A stretch of 18,841 nt of DNA, from the NCBI GenBank assembly GCA_033764015.1, contig JANRJK010000054.1:1-18841 (forward strand), read 5' to 3'. Each line of letters opens with the position of its first letter. Within the stretch, counting starts at the first letter, position 1. The translations under genes were made by a program, and so were the position numbers. The stretch is from Candidatus Sumerlaeia bacterium. Lineage in GTDB: Bacteria; Sumerlaeota; Sumerlaeia; SLMS01; JANRJK01. Below, in pieces: positions 7,201 to 15,437 of this stretch. The notes below the pieces were generated by a model. The model saw only the letters and a program-made list of their open reading frames with translations. It was not told the DNA's origin and did not search any database.

Positions 7201-8403
7201 ATGACGTCCGACAAGTTCCGCATCCTCGCAGTGGACGACGACGAAGACCTCCGCGCCCTCGTGGACGCGGCGCTCTCCGACGCCTATGAGGTGGTCACCG
7301 CGAACAACGGCCTCGACGCCCTGGTGAAGCTGCCGAAGGTCGAGCCGGACCTCTTCATCCTCGATCTGATGATGCCGCTGATGGACGGCTGGGAGCTGCT
7401 CGCGAAGCTGCGCCAGCAACCCGGCCACGCGAAGACGCCCGTGGTGCTGCTCACCGCGCTGAACAAGACCGAGGACATCAAGAAGGGCTACGCGCTGGGC
7501 GCGTCGGTCTACCTCACCAAGCCGTTCGAGCTGCCGCGGCTGCTGCGGAACATCGACGTTGCGCTGCGCGGTTCGACGCCGCGCGCGAAGAAGCACGCGG
7601 CGAAGGACCTGCCGGGGGTTCTCCACCCGGAGAACGCTCCGCGGCCGGCGGCGCCCGCGCCCGCTCCCCCGCCGGCCCACGCCGCGCCGCCGCCGCCGGA
7701 GGCGACGCCGAGCGGCGTCTTCCTGCGGCCCGTCACGGGCCCTGCGACCCCGACGCCCCGCTCGCTCCCGACCGCTCCGCCGCCGGTGCGCGTCCCGGGC
7801 GCGCCGCACGGGGCCACCTCGGGCGTCATTTCGCGTTTCGACCACGGCCCCGCGGCGGTCCCCGCCGGCGAGCGGCCCCGGATCCTGCTCGTCGAGTCGG
7901 ACGCGGAGGTCGCCGAACAGCTCCGCCACATCCTCGACCAGCTCGGCGACACCTACCTGGCGCACGACGGCGTCGAGGCGAAGGAGCAGGTGGCCGATGT
8001 GGAGCCGGACCTGCTGGTGATCGCGACGAAGTTGCGCAGGATGAACGGCTACGTGCTGGTCGACGCGATCCGCGAGCTGGAGGAGTACCAGGCGACGCCG
8101 ATCCTGCTGGTCACGGACCGCGACGTCTATAAGGAGCGGCTCGCGGTCGCCAACAAGGGCGTGAAGCACGTGATCGGCAAACCGATCCGCCCGCACCAGT
8201 TCCACGAAATGGTGGGCGAGATCGTGAAATCCGCCGATTTCCGGGTGCGGCCGAAGGCCGCGGGGATCGCGGAGCTGCTGCTGCACGCGGGGCGGCGGCG
8301 CGCCAGCGCGGTGGAGCAGCGCGCGGCGGGAGGCATCTCGGGCGAGTCGAAGGCCGCTTTCACCCAGTTCCTGCGCGAGAACAAACGCCCCGACCAGAAG
8401 TAG
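7201..8403 (+). CDS. Response regulator with two receiver domains joined by a Pro/Ala-rich linker; no recognisable output domain
   Basis: REC1: ILAVDDD..LFILDLMMP.MDG..LLTA..YLTKP. REC2: ILLVESD..PDLLVIATKL..MNG..LVT..IGKP. ATG 7201 is preferred over TTG 7156. Confidence 0.9.
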   Translation: MTSDKFRILAVDDDEDLRALVDAALSDAYEVVTANNGLDALVKLPKVEPDLFILDLMMPLMDGWELLAKLRQQPGHAKTPVVLLTALNKTEDIKKGYALGASVYLTKPFELPRLLRNIDVALRGSTPRAKKHAAKDLPGVLHPENAPRPAAPAPAPPPAHAAPPPPEATPSGVFLRPVTGPATPTPRSLPTAPPPVRVPGAPHGATSGVISRFDHGPAAVPAGERPRILLVESDAEVAEQLRHILDQLGDTYLAHDGVEAKEQVADVEPDLLVIATKLRRMNGYVLVDAIRELEEYQATPILLVTDRDVYKERLAVANKGVKHVIGKPIRPHQFHEMVGEIVKSADFRVRPKAAGIAELLLHAGRRRASAVEQRAAGGISGESKAAFTQFLRENKRPDQK

Positions 8404-8494
8404 GTCTCCTTGGCGGCGTTCGGGCATTGTCCGTGCTTACGCCAAAAGCGAAGCTATCAGCGCCAACCACTATCCCTTAGGAGCACCACCGCCT

Positions 8495-9106
8495 ATGAAG
8501 TCCCTCCGCCTTTTCGTGGCCGCCGCGGCCGCGGCGATCGCGCTCGGATCCGCCAGCGCGGAACCGGCCGTCTACAACGTCGGCGAGAACCCCGCCCGCG
8601 TGAACCTGACCTTCTCGAGCGTCACCGACTTCGAGGACATCGTCGGCAGCACGAACGATGTGAAGGGCACCGTCGTCGTGGACGAGGCCGACATCTCGAA
8701 GAGCGCCGTCTCGCTGACGGTGCCGGTCGCCTCGCTCAAGACGGGCATCGCGATGCGCGACGAGCACCTGCAGGGCGAGAAGTGGCTGAACGCCGCGAAG
8801 AACCCGAACATCACGTTCCGCTCGACGAAGGTGGAGCCGGGCTCGACGGCGGAGCAGGTCACGGTGACGGGCGACTTCACGATGAACGGCGTGACGAAGC
8901 CGCTGACGCTGACGGTGACCGGCAAGAAGATCCCCGCCGCGACCGCGGAGAAGGCCGGCATCGGCAAGGGCGACTGGGCGCGCTTCCAGGGCCAGTTCAC
9001 GGTGAAGTTCTCCGACCACGGAATCGTCCTGAACGAGGGCGCCGCCATGAAGGTCGCCGACACGATCACCATCAACTTCAGCCTGTTCGCCCGGGCGGCG
9101 GAATAA
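8495..9106 (+). CDS. YceI-family periplasmic polyisoprenoid/lipid-binding protein
   Basis: Signal peptide ending ASA; SLKTGIAMRDEHL, WLNAAKNPNITFRST and GDFTMNGVTKP motifs; AGGAG RBS at 8479-8483. Confidence 0.92.
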   Translation: MKSLRLFVAAAAAAIALGSASAEPAVYNVGENPARVNLTFSSVTDFEDIVGSTNDVKGTVVVDEADISKSAVSLTVPVASLKTGIAMRDEHLQGEKWLNAAKNPNITFRSTKVEPGSTAEQVTVTGDFTMNGVTKPLTLTVTGKKIPAATAEKAGIGKGDWARFQGQFTVKFSDHGIVLNEGAAMKVADTITINFSLFARAAE

Positions 9107-9107
9107 G

Positions 9108-9602
9108 GTGCGCTTCGAGGGCCTCCAACGGCTGCGCCCGTGGTTCGTGGGCGCGGGGCTGGCGGGGGCCCTCGCGGTCGCCATCGCCGCGCGCCTCGTG
9201 GCCGCCTCCGCGGGGCGCGACGCGGTCCGCGTGTTCCCCTTCGAAGATCCCTCCATCGTCGAGTTGAACAAGTCGCTCTATTCGCCGGGGGATCCGGTCC
9301 CGGCGATCTACGGGCAGCCGGTGCCCGAGCCGGTCCGCGTGCTCTTCCTGCCGGAGGAGCGCTTCATCCGCCCCTCCGAGGACCCGTCGCTGCTGCTGCT
9401 CCCGGTGAAGCACGGCGAGACCGGCTACGCGCTGCAGGACAAGACGTTCCTGCTGTTCGCGAACGCCGCGAGCCTTGGACTTGCGGGCGCGGGGCTTCTT
9501 GCGCTCCTCATTCCCCGGCGGCGCCGCGCGCCGAATCCCTCCAAGGCGGAATCCGATGGCCGACACGACGACGAAGGCGGCGGAAAGCCTGGCGGCGGTT
9601 GA
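9108..9602 (+). CDS. Hypothetical membrane protein (two TM segments around an extracytoplasmic loop)
   Basis: GTG one base after the YceI stop; hydrophobic segments WFVGAGLAGALAVAIAA and FLLFANAASLGLAGAGLLALLI, followed by PRRRR; host-like codon usage. Confidence 0.7.
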   Translation: MRFEGLQRLRPWFVGAGLAGALAVAIAARLVAASAGRDAVRVFPFEDPSIVELNKSLYSPGDPVPAIYGQPVPEPVRVLFLPEERFIRPSEDPSLLLLPVKHGETGYALQDKTFLLFANAASLGLAGAGLLALLIPRRRRAPNPSKAESDGRHDDEGGGKPGGG

Positions 9603-10377
9603 GGCCGCGTTCGGCAAGCTGCCGCGCACGCTGGTGATCGCCGGCTCGGGACTGGGCGGTTTCGCCAAGACCCTCGCCAACGCCAAGACGCTCTCCTACT
9701 CGGAGATCCCCCATTTTCCCCAGAGCGCGGTGGTCGGCCACGCCGGCGCGCTGGTCGTCGGCGAGGCGGGCGGCCGCCGCGTCGCCGTGATGAACGGGCG
9801 CAAGCACCTGTACGAAGGCGTCGCCGTCGAGGTCTCCGTGCATCCGCTGCGGACGCTGCTGGCGGGGGGCGTGCGCACGGTGATCGTCAGCAACGCGGCG
9901 GGCTCGCTGAACCCCCGCTTCGACGTGGGCGACCTGGTGCTGCTGTCGGACCACATCAACGGCATGTTCCAGAACCCGCTGATCGGGAAGAACGACGACG
10001 CGGCGGGCCCCCGGTTCCCGGACATGAGCGAGCCCTACTCGCGCCGGCTGCGGCAGGTGGCGCGCGAGGCGGCGGCGGCGCTCGGGATCACGCTGCGCGA
10101 GGGCGTGTACTGGGGCGGCCTCGGGCCCTCCTACGAGACGCGCGCGGAGGTGCAGATGCTCCGCCAGTTCGCCGACGTGGTCGGCATGAGCACCGTGCCG
10201 GAAACGATTGTCGCGGTGCACGCCGGGGCGGAGGTTCTCGGCATCTCGTGCGCGACGAACTCGCTGGTGCTTTCGGCGGAGAAGACGACGCACGACGAGG
10301 TGATCGAGGTGGGCCGCGCCGCCGGCGAGCGCTTCTCGGCGCTGGTGGCGGAGATCCTGCGCCGCCTCGGAGACTGA
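9556..10377 (+). CDS. punA: Purine-nucleoside phosphorylase, trimeric (PunA/XapA) type
   Basis: GSGLG, YSEIPHFP..VVGHAG, GRKHLYEG, SNAAG, SDHIN, GPRFPDMS, GPSYET, VGMSTVPE and ATN motifs; start ATG 9556 (MADTT). Confidence 0.93.
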   Translation: MADTTTKAAESLAAVEAAFGKLPRTLVIAGSGLGGFAKTLANAKTLSYSEIPHFPQSAVVGHAGALVVGEAGGRRVAVMNGRKHLYEGVAVEVSVHPLRTLLAGGVRTVIVSNAAGSLNPRFDVGDLVLLSDHINGMFQNPLIGKNDDAAGPRFPDMSEPYSRRLRQVAREAAAALGITLREGVYWGGLGPSYETRAEVQMLRQFADVVGMSTVPETIVAVHAGAEVLGISCATNSLVLSAEKTTHDEVIEVGRAAGERFSALVAEILRRLGD

Positions 10378-10407
10378 CGAATACCGGAGTCGCCACGGGC
10401 GCGCGCG

Positions 10408-11346
10408 GTGCGGATCGACGTCCACAACCTGGTGAAGCGCTACGGCGCCACGCTGTCCCTCGACGGCGTCTCCTTCGCCGTGCCTGAGGGCTCGGTGGTC
10501 GGGCTGCTCGGGCCCAACGGCGCCGGCAAGTCCACGACGATCCGCATCCTGACGGGCCTCGCGCGCCCCGGCTCGGGGAGCGCGACCATCGGCGGCTTCG
10601 ATTCGGAGCGCGACCACGCGGCGATCCGCGCGCGGCTCGGCTACCTGCCGGAGCTGGCGCCCACCTACCCCGACATGACGGTCGAGGACTTCCTCGGCTT
10701 CATGGCGGGTGTGCGGCGCATCGACGGCGCCCGGGCGCGCGGCGAGGTGGACCGCGTGTGCGCGCTGCTCGACCTCGGCGGCTGGCGAGGGCGCCTGCTG
10801 CGGAACCTGTCGAAGGGCACCCGCCAGCGCGCCGGCATCGCGCAGGCGCTCCTCGGCGAGCCCTCGCTGGTGATCCTCGACGAGCCCACCGCGGGGCTGG
10901 ACCCGGCGCAGATCCTCGAGGTGCGGCGCATCGTCGCGGGACTGCGCGGGCGCGCGACGGTGCTGCTTTCGACGCACCAGCTCGCGGAGGCGGAGGCGGT
11001 CTGCGACCGCGTGGTGGTGCTGAACGGGGGGCGCGTGGTGCTGGAGGGCGCGCTCGCGGAGCTGACCGCCGCGGGCGCGGCGCTCGCGCTCCGCTACCGG
11101 GGCGACCGGGCGGCGCTCGCGCGCGAGCTCGCCGCCCGCTGCCCGGAGGTCCGCGCCGCGGACGCGCCGGACGGCGCCGTGCTGCTCGGGTCGGACGCGG
11201 CCCCGGAGCATTGGCGCGCGCGCGCCGCCGCCGCCGCCGTCGCCGCGGGCGAGCTGCTGGCGCTGGAGGACCGCCGCCCCACGCTCGAGTCGCTCTTCGT
11301 CCAGGCCGTCGCGAAGGAGCAGCGCATTGCCACGCCTGCTGCGTGA
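10408..11346 (+). CDS. ABC-2 type ATP-binding protein (GldA-like)
   Basis: Walker A GPNGAGKST, signature LSKGTRQR, Walker B ILDEPTAGLDP, switch STH. Confidence 0.93.
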   Translation: MRIDVHNLVKRYGATLSLDGVSFAVPEGSVVGLLGPNGAGKSTTIRILTGLARPGSGSATIGGFDSERDHAAIRARLGYLPELAPTYPDMTVEDFLGFMAGVRRIDGARARGEVDRVCALLDLGGWRGRLLRNLSKGTRQRAGIAQALLGEPSLVILDEPTAGLDPAQILEVRRIVAGLRGRATVLLSTHQLAEAEAVCDRVVVLNGGRVVLEGALAELTAAGAALALRYRGDRAALARELAARCPEVRAADAPDGAVLLGSDAAPEHWRARAAAAAVAAGELLALEDRRPTLESLFVQAVAKEQRIATPAA

Positions 11347-12100
11347 CACGCTCCTGGTCGCCCGGCGCGAGGCGGCGGCGCTCGTCGCGTCGCCGCTGCT
11401 CTACGTGCTGTGCGGCGTGTTCTTCCTGCTCGGCGCGTTCGTCTTCCTCTCCCTGCTGGTGAACTTCTCGCAGGAGGCCTTCCAGGACCGCTCCGGCGGC
11501 TACGTGAACGTCACGCAGTCCGTCGTGCGGCAGACGTTCCACGCGGTGCACTTCTTCCTGATCGCGCAGATCCCCCTGCTGACGATGCGCGGCTTCGCCG
11601 AGGACCGGGCGAACGGCATGCTGGACCTGCTGCGGACCACGCCGCTGGGCGAGTGGCCGCTGGTGCTGGGCAAGTTCCTCGGCGCGTTCGCAGCGATGGC
11701 GTTCTTCGTGGCGCTGACGCTCGCCTTCCCGCTGGCGGCGGAGGCGGTGTCGAACCCCGAGTGGTCGGTCGTGGCGAGCGGCTGGCTGGCGCTGCTGCTG
11801 GCGTCCGCGGCGTACATCGCCATCGGGATGTTCTGCTCGGCGCTGACCGAGTCGCAGGTGGTCGCGGCGGTGCTCTCCTACGTGGCGCTGCTGGGCTTGT
11901 CGCTGCTGTCGGCGCTCGGCGCGCTGACGCGCGGGACGGCGTGGGAGGACGCGGCGAAGCACTTCGGCGCGTCGGAGCACATCGAGGCGTTCCTGCGCGG
12001 CGAGCTGGCGCCGATGCACATCGCGTACTTCGCGCTGCTGGCGTGGACCTTCCTGTTCCTGGCGGCGCGCGTGCTCGAGTCGCAGCGGTGGCGCTCGTGA
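11327..12100 (+). CDS. ABC-2 type permease (GldF-like)
   Basis: About 6 TM segments; PLLTMRGFAEDRANGMLDLLRTTP..VLGKF and IGMFCSALTESQVVA motifs. TTG start 7 nt after AAGGAG (11314-11319). Confidence 0.88.
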   Translation: MPRLLRDTLLVARREAAALVASPLLYVLCGVFFLLGAFVFLSLLVNFSQEAFQDRSGGYVNVTQSVVRQTFHAVHFFLIAQIPLLTMRGFAEDRANGMLDLLRTTPLGEWPLVLGKFLGAFAAMAFFVALTLAFPLAAEAVSNPEWSVVASGWLALLLASAAYIAIGMFCSALTESQVVAAVLSYVALLGLSLLSALGALTRGTAWEDAAKHFGASEHIEAFLRGELAPMHIAYFALLAWTFLFLAARVLESQRWRS

Positions 12101-13680
12101 GCGGCGGCGCCGCCGCGCTGCGCGCGGTCCCGGTGCTGCTGGGCGCCGCGTCGGTGGCCGGCTCGCTGGCGCTGGCGGCCGCCTTCGGCGCGTTCGCGTG
12201 GTGGCACTGGGCGATGGCGGCGGCGGGCGCCGGCGCGATGCTCGGCGGAATCCTCTGGCAGCAGGACGCCAACTGGCGCCATGCGCTCGCGTCGCTCGTC
12301 TACACGTTCTTCGCGGTGCTTTGCGCCGTGCTCCTGTACCTCATCTCGGCGAACCGCCTGGCGGTCTGGGACCTGACGGAGGACTCGCTCTTCACGCTGG
12401 CGCCGCAGACGCGCTCGCTGCTGCGCGAGCTCCCCGCCGGCGCGGAGATCCGCGTGGTCGCCTTCGAGGCCGCCGCGGCGCACGCGGAGCTGGACGACCT
12501 CTTCGAGCTCTACCGCCGCGAGGCGCCGGGCCTCTCCCTCGAGGCGGTCGACCCGGACCTCGACCTGGCGCGCGCGCGGGAGGTCGACGAGGCGCCGCTG
12601 CTGCGCGACCTGGTCGTGACGCGCCACGACGGGGGCAAGGCGGCGCGCCGCGTGAAGGCGAAGCTGCCCGCCTCGCCCGGCGGGCGCGAGCGCGCGCTCA
12701 CGAACGCGATCGCGGAGGCCGCCTACGGGCGCGACCGGCGCATCTACTTCACCACGGGCCACGGCGAGTTCCGCTTCCGCAAGCGCGAGCAGGAGCCCGC
12801 CGGGCAGGAGGGCATGCTGCTCGCCACCTTCGCGGAGCAGCTCGAGCAGCGCGCGTGGCCCGTCGCGGAGCTGAAGCTGGTCGAGGGCGTGCCCGAGGAC
12901 GCCGCCGCGGTGGTCGTCGCGGGGCCGAAGATCGACCTGTACGACTACGAGCGCGACACGCTGCGCGAGTACCTGGACGCGGGAGGGCGGGTGCTGCTGC
13001 TGCTCGAGCCGCTGCCGTCGGACGCGGGGATGCTGCCGAACGTGTCGAGCATCCTCGAGGCCGCGGGCCTGGGCTCGCCCAACATGTTCATCATCGACCC
13101 GCTCTCGCAGCGCGCGACGGGGAGCGTCTTCACGCCGATCGCGAGCGTCGTGGGCGACCACCCGATCGTGCAGGGCACGAACGGCCAGCCGATGCTGTTC
13201 GACGGCGCGCGCCCCGTGGTGCCCGCGCAGGCGCCGCCGCCGAACGTCGCCGCGTGGCTGCTCACCGCGACCATGAACGACGCCTGGGCGGAGACTCCGC
13301 GGGAGCTGCGCGAGAATCCCGGCCACGAGTCGCCGCCGGACGACCGCCAGCGCGGGCGGATCCCGGTCGCCGCCGCCGCCGCATGGCCCGCCGCCGACCC
13401 GCGCCTCGGCGACGAGGCCCGACTCGTCGTGGTGGGCGACGCCAGCACCTTCATGGACCGCATCATCACCAACGAATCCGCGCTCTTCGGCCTCGCCGCG
13501 CTCAACTGGCTGGGCGGGCGCGAGGAGCTGCTGGACGTGCCGCCGAAGCTGATCGACTCGACGCCGGTCCTCGTGGGCGCCCGCACGCTGTGGGCGCTGG
13601 CGGCGGCGCTCCTGGCGATCGGGCTCGGCGTCGGCGCCGGAGGCGTGTCGCTCGCGCTGCTGCGGAGGCGCCGCCGGTGA
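12097..13680 (+). CDS. GldG-like ABC accessory protein
   Basis: N-terminal TMs, WDLTEDSLFTLAPQT, VDPD, IYFTTGHGE, VVVAGPK.DL, YLDAGGRVLLLLEP, RLVVVGD, NWL and a C-terminal TM. GTG start within the GTGA overlap at 12097-12100. Confidence 0.85.
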   Translation: MSGGAAALRAVPVLLGAASVAGSLALAAAFGAFAWWHWAMAAAGAGAMLGGILWQQDANWRHALASLVYTFFAVLCAVLLYLISANRLAVWDLTEDSLFTLAPQTRSLLRELPAGAEIRVVAFEAAAAHAELDDLFELYRREAPGLSLEAVDPDLDLARAREVDEAPLLRDLVVTRHDGGKAARRVKAKLPASPGGRERALTNAIAEAAYGRDRRIYFTTGHGEFRFRKREQEPAGQEGMLLATFAEQLEQRAWPVAELKLVEGVPEDAAAVVVAGPKIDLYDYERDTLREYLDAGGRVLLLLEPLPSDAGMLPNVSSILEAAGLGSPNMFIIDPLSQRATGSVFTPIASVVGDHPIVQGTNGQPMLFDGARPVVPAQAPPPNVAAWLLTATMNDAWAETPRELRENPGHESPPDDRQRGRIPVAAAAAWPAADPRLGDEARLVVVGDASTFMDRIITNESALFGLAALNWLGGREELLDVPPKLIDSTPVLVGARTLWALAAALLAIGLGVGAGGVSLALLRRRRR

Positions 13681-15437
13681 CCGCCACCCGCCCGCTCGCC
13701 GCCGCCGTCCTGGCGGCGCTCCTGGCCCTGTTCTACCTCTGGGACAAGGAGCGCGTGGAGCGCGGCGCCCTGCAGGCGGCGCTCGATTCGCGCCTGCTGG
13801 CGTTCGACCCCGCCTCCGCCACGTCCGTTGACATTGTCAACGCCTTCGGCGCGGTGCGCCTCGAGCGAGCGGAGGGCCGCTGGTGGATCGCCGGCCCGCC
13901 CCGCGAGCTGGCCGACGCCGCGCAGGTGGACGCGCTACTCGGAAACGTGCAGGGCGCGAAGCGCACGTCGCGCGTGGACCGCCCGGAGGAGGACTACGGC
14001 TTCGAGCCGCCCGCCGCCCGCGTCTCGATCGCCTACGCGGAGGCGGGGGCCGCGATGGAGGCCGTCGTCGAGTTCGGCACGGCGCGCGCCCAGGCCGGGC
14101 GCGTTTACGCCCGCGTCCCCGGCGAGGACGTCGTGTTCAGCGTGGGCGACTGGGTGCTGCGGCAGGCAGCGCGCGCGCCGGGCGACTGGCGGAGCCGCCT
14201 GATCGCGCCCGCGATGCCCGCGGACCCGCGCGCGCTCTCCTTCGAGAAGCCCGGCGGCGCCGCGGTCGCGCTCGAACGGGGCGACGGCGGCTGGGTGCTC
14301 GACGCGCCGGGGGGTCCCGTCCCCGCGGACACCGCGATGGTTGACAAAGTCATCGAATCCCTGCGCTCCGGCCGCTTCTCGGAGATCCGCGAGGCGTCAC
14401 CCGCCATCGATCCGCGCGCGGACGCGCCGTCGCTCGTGGTGCGGGCGGACGGCGCGGAGGTGCTGCGCCTCGGGGCTCCCTTCCCGGGGCCGCCGCGGGG
14501 GCTGCTCGCGCCGCTCGAGGGCGGACGCGTCGGCATCGCGCCGGAGTCCCTCGTGTCGGAGCTGCTCCGCCCCGTGGACGAGTGGCGCACGAAGCGCTTC
14601 TTCTGGCGCCCGGTCGAGCAATGGCGCCGCGTCGAACTCGCTTCCGGCCGCACGCGCACCGTCCTCTCGCGCGAGGCGGACTGGCGCGACGAGCTGGCCC
14701 CCGGCGTCGCCCTCAACCCGCGCAAGGTGGCCGACCTGCTGCTCGACCTGCACGACCTGCGCGCGCTCGCGCACGAGGCGGGCCCCGGCATCACGGAGGA
14801 GCAGCTCGCCGAGTACGCGCTCGCGGAGCCGTCGCTCGCGCTGCGCGTGGAGTACGCGGACGGCTCCTCGGAAGGCTTCCAGCTCGGCGCGAGCGACACC
14901 GCGGAGGGCGCGGCCTACATGCGCCGCCTGCAGGACGACACGGTTTGGCGGGTCGCGCTGGCGGACGCGGGGAACTTCTACCGCTTCCGCGCGCAGCTCG
15001 AGGAGCGGCGCCTGCGCCCGGGCCTCGCCGCCGAGGCCACCCGCGTCGAGATGGCCTCCGGCGGCAACCGCATCGAGCTGGCGCCCGCGGCGGACGGCTG
15101 GGAGATGCGCCTCTCCGACGCCCGCGCGGTCACCGTCCCGGCGGGCATGGCCACCGCGTTCCTGGAGCAGGCGGAGGACATCGAGTGGGATTCGGAGCTC
15201 TTCGCGCCCGACGAGGATCCGGGGCGCACGACGCTCGATTTCTTCCGCGACGGCGAGGCGCAGCCGTTCTTCCGCCTGGCGGTGCTGCGGCAGCTCGGCG
15301 ACGCGGAGGACCCGGAGATCCTGGTACGCGCGGACGGACGCCTCTTCCTCGTGAAGCAGGAGGAGTTCCTGCCGTTCTACGAGGCGTTCCGGCGCCTGCT
15401 GGACATGGTGCCCGGCGCGCGGGGGACGACGCCGTGA
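13677..15437 (+). CDS. DUF4340-like membrane-anchored protein with repeated domains
   Basis: N-terminal TM; repeats of LER-x3/4-W..AD...V..L; DYGFEPP and VYARVPGEDVVF motifs. Sits where DUF4340 usually follows gldG-like genes; GTGA overlap start. Confidence 0.75.
   Translation: MTATRPLAAAVLAALLALFYLWDKERVERGALQAALDSRLLAFDPASATSVDIVNAFGAVRLERAEGRWWIAGPPRELADAAQVDALLGNVQGAKRTSRVDRPEEDYGFEPPAARVSIAYAEAGAAMEAVVEFGTARAQAGRVYARVPGEDVVFSVGDWVLRQAARAPGDWRSRLIAPAMPADPRALSFEKPGGAAVALERGDGGWVLDAPGGPVPADTAMVDKVIESLRSGRFSEIREASPAIDPRADAPSLVVRADGAEVLRLGAPFPGPPRGLLAPLEGGRVGIAPESLVSELLRPVDEWRTKRFFWRPVEQWRRVELASGRTRTVLSREADWRDELAPGVALNPRKVADLLLDLHDLRALAHEAGPGITEEQLAEYALAEPSLALRVEYADGSSEGFQLGASDTAEGAAYMRRLQDDTVWRVALADAGNFYRFRAQLEERRLRPGLAAEATRVEMASGGNRIELAPAADGWEMRLSDARAVTVPAGMATAFLEQAEDIEWDSELFAPDEDPGRTTLDFFRDGEAQPFFRLAVLRQLGDAEDPEILVRADGRLFLVKQEEFLPFYEAFRRLLDMVPGARGTTP
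13826..13842. repeat. Palindromic motif copy 1: CGTTGACA-T-TGTCAACG
   Basis: Perfect 8-bp arms inside the CDS; codons GTT GAC ATT GTC AAC. Confidence 0.85.
14340..14354. repeat. Palindromic motif copy 2: GTTGAC-AAA-GTCATC
   Basis: One mismatch to TTGAC-N3-GTCAA; codons GTT GAC AAA GTC ATC. Confidence 0.7.

Noticed and set aside
11222..11246. GCC trinucleotide runs (also near 3855-3870 and 13368-13383)
   Set aside because: They encode ordinary poly-Ala stretches in frame; no sign of phase variation.
11410..15433. Long N-terminal extensions in the ORF track (11410-, 12198-, 14582-) suggesting fusion proteins
   Set aside because: The extensions are low-complexity translations overlapping the upstream gene in another frame; the real starts are the GTGA overlaps at 12097, 13677 and 15434.
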